A stretch of 64,000 nucleotides of DNA from Phoronis australis (taxonomy: Eukaryota; Animalia; Phoronida). Positions 61,701 to 64,000 of the stretch are shown one piece after another. A program made the translations under genes and the position numbers. Below the pieces are notes generated by a model that was not told where the DNA came from, searched no databases, and was given only the letters and a program-made list of their open reading frames with translations. The stretch covers positions 268,978 to 332,977 of the forward strand of contig NMRA01000284.1 in NCBI GenBank assembly GCA_002633005.1, given 5' to 3'. Each line of letters begins with the position of its first letter. Position 1 is the stretch's first letter.

Positions 61701-63842
61701 TATAATCATTTAGAATAGAAAAAACGGGCATGCGTACTGATGCAAGCGAGTGAATTAAAAATCAAATAAGTTGTCTTCATAGTAAATAAGATTATTAAAT
61801 ACTTTATTAGATAAGTAATTGAAGCAGGTTATTACTTTAGTTAGTCTTACATGGGTGGTGCAGCACTGAAAAAAGTTGGGGGCTATAGCCCCCCAGCCCC
61901 CCTCCCTGTGATGCACCGCCAATAGACCATGGGCGACGCTGTAGCCCTCCCCCCAGCACTCTATGATGCGCCGCCCATGTCTTACTTGAACTTTTTTAAC
62001 TTCTTTCTTGGTCTGTGCGTACGTCGTTCAACTCTGTAATGGTAATGATTTTCTCAATACTTGGAAAAAACGACGTGCGCTTGTTTGTTTGTCAAATAAT
62101 GTATTAATGATGTTGCGTTACTATGTATTTCAGATGGTCAAAAAAGTCAATCAGGTAGGGCAGTGGAACATTCTGGAAGTTTTCTCATGTCTCCGTGTTG
62201 ATCGCTAATACAGCTTATGCTTTCTGTTTTGTGCGACAGCAACAAAAACAACGTCATCATCATCAATGACAACAAAAACAACGCCATCAAAAACACAAAA
62301 CAAAACAACAACATAAACAACAACATAAATAATAACAACAACATGTAACTTTCATTTAACAATTGCCCCACAACAAAGACAGAGGAATGAGGCCTGCCCG
62401 GCTACGGACCTTTGGACATTTGCCGCGGTGTATTATCTTCATTTCGGGATTCTATGCACCAGTGTATAGAAGCAACTTCTGCTGTGAACTCTTGCTAAGG
62501 GGGAATAGATGAGCTACATATAATAATATAATTTGTCTAAGTAGACACTGCTGACATGGGCAGAAGTGAAAATGGGATCACAAAATTTGCTCTGAAGAAT
62601 CTCGATAGAGGGTTTAGTAAGATGAGCAGACAAGAGGAAGCAGTTACGTTTGTGGCCACCTTCTGACGCCATTTGTGGACAGTAACTTGGATCAAATGCC
62701 AAGCACCAGCAACATAAAGTGACGAACGTGCATGGCTACATTCTTCTACAAGCCGGTTGACTATATATACGTAAGAGGATTCTCTTGAGTGTCAAATCGG
62801 GTGTTTGTGCAATGGGCCCGCCCTAGGTGGACGGCGCACTACTAATGGAATTTGAGCATCAGACCTCCTGCAATCTTTTCAAGTTAGTAATTACAGTTAC
62901 AATCGTCTGTTTGAAAAAGTGTTGCATCACATCCGACCAGTGCTATGTGCATGTATAGGAACATAACTTGCACACATACCATCACGCGCCTGCATACATA
63001 TAAAAATACATCATGAACACAAACGCATACATACAAACAAAACATATACGCACTAACATTCATACATACAAACATATATAATACATACATATTTACTAAC
63101 ATAGACATTTATGCCGCAAACAAACCTGGACAAACATACATTTTGTACATACATTCACATACACCTAGGACTATTATACACACACACAGGCACGCACGCA
63201 CGCACGCACGCACACTCATATACGTACATATGCACACACGTACATACATACATACATACATACATACCGACAAACATGCATGCCTTCCTATGTATCAATA
63301 CAAGTTTTTATAAATATTTATATTTGCTAATATCATGTTGCTATCTGTGTATGGTACACTTACGGAAGATTTTTAGGGTTGCGATAAATTAGTGCCTGGT
63401 GTCATTTTCACTGAATTTTGTTTGAGATTTTTCGCCACTGAGGACACACGCAAGGTATTTACAGAAATGTCTACACCACAGGAAAACATTCAGAACGCCT
63501 CGGGTATTTGCGTGGTTTCGATTTTACCGTCGGAGATATACGTTAACTGCGCATGTGCGGACTTAAGTCATAGGCAAGTCATGAGAATTTCAAACTGGAG
63601 AACAACTGGCCGTATGACTGAAGCTCCCTCATACGTAGAAAGCGTTCAACTCTTACGGGTACCCGAGATGTTCCATATGGGCAATAAAACGTACGTCACC
63701 GCACACTTTAAATGTTTATGTCGTGCATGTTTCATCTTTGCTTTACCAATTTCTTTTGCAGTTGCCGAATTGTTTCTTTCTTACCGCACTGTCGCACCAA
63801 CATTTTTAAAAGTATATTCTCATTAACGGAAGTCAGAAAAAG
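58721..63842 (+). CDS. Putative secreted peptide precursor, elevenin/SNET-1-like; 5' part only, continues beyond the window
   Basis: join(58721-58814,59253-59283,62134-62154,63762-63842). Each exon has a GTA donor and each internal exon a pyrimidine-tract CAG acceptor; phases run 1-2-2-2 with no stops. Translation: MFWTRYSLFFALMSLLVVSLA/YDNFYSRLEKGYNRRVNYPMRWSKKSISCRIVSFLPHCRTNIFKSIFSLTEVRK(R/S). It shows a signal peptide, dibasic RR/KK/RK sites and a C-x8-C loop. CACGTG and CCAAT lie about 100 bp upstream. Confidence 0.65.
61195..61378 (-). mobile_element. tRNA-derived SINE
   Basis: Minus-strand head GGAGGACTGTGTGGCTCAGTGG...GGGTTCGAATCCTGGCCCTCC with Pol III A box (61367-61357) and B box (61324-61314). 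The non-tRNA body is shared with 15475-15657. Confidence 0.8.
61850..61979. mobile_element. Family C MITE, 5-bp TSD
   Basis: Ends CATGGGTGGTGCA / TGCGCCGCCCATG. Exact TCTTA duplication at 61845-61849 and 61980-61984. Confidence 0.78.
62237..62345. repeat. AAC/ATC-rich low-complexity tract
   Basis: Read directly. Confidence 0.8.
62960..63280. repeat. Degenerate ACAT/ACGC/AC simple-repeat region
   Basis: (CA)n, (GCAC)n and (TACA)n runs; the source of the spurious ORFs 62884-63108 and 63111-63392. Confidence 0.85.
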
Positions 63843-64000
63843 GTATGAACAGACTGCACTCGCACTACCGTATTACTTTAATCTGGTCCACGTTGCGCGC
63901 CTGAATACTTCCACATGGCGCCATTACGTACAGCCCGGGTCAAATGGACATTGTTTATATTCTGAACATTTACCATTTGTTAATTTAATGAATCTATTTT

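Noticed and set aside
63392-63826. 144-aa plus-strand ORF
   Set aside because: Non-ATG start, no motif, and it overlaps exon 63762-63842 in a different frame.

Overview
Intron-rich animal genomic DNA, probably from an invertebrate; it is not prokaryotic, and I found no CRISPR array, rRNA or intact tRNA. Genes were reconstructed by hand from GT-AG junctions and reading-frame phase. (1) A complete 18-exon EDEM3 (+, 935-20227, about 1202 aa, ending KDEL) with an unusually long final exon. (2) A complete 11-exon firefly-luciferase/4CL-like acyl-CoA synthetase (-, 49771-40234, about 597 aa) with a mitochondrial-type N-terminal extension and no PTS1. (3) A small-exon gene missed by the ORF track (-, about 33.9-26.9 kb) encoding an FN3-like single-pass membrane protein. 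(4) The 5' part of a microexon-built secreted precursor (+, 58721 to beyond 63842) carrying an elevenin/SNET-1-like C-x4-F-x-P-x-C-R loop. There is also a possible divergent first exon at 395-538. Introns and intergenic DNA hold many non-autonomous DNA transposons (9-bp-TSD MULE-like, TTAA Kolobok-like, TAA Harbinger-like, and four CA..TG families sharing 5-bp TSDs), tRNA-derived SINEs, LINE RT fragments and microsatellites. Family assignments come from motif recognition only; no database searches were run.
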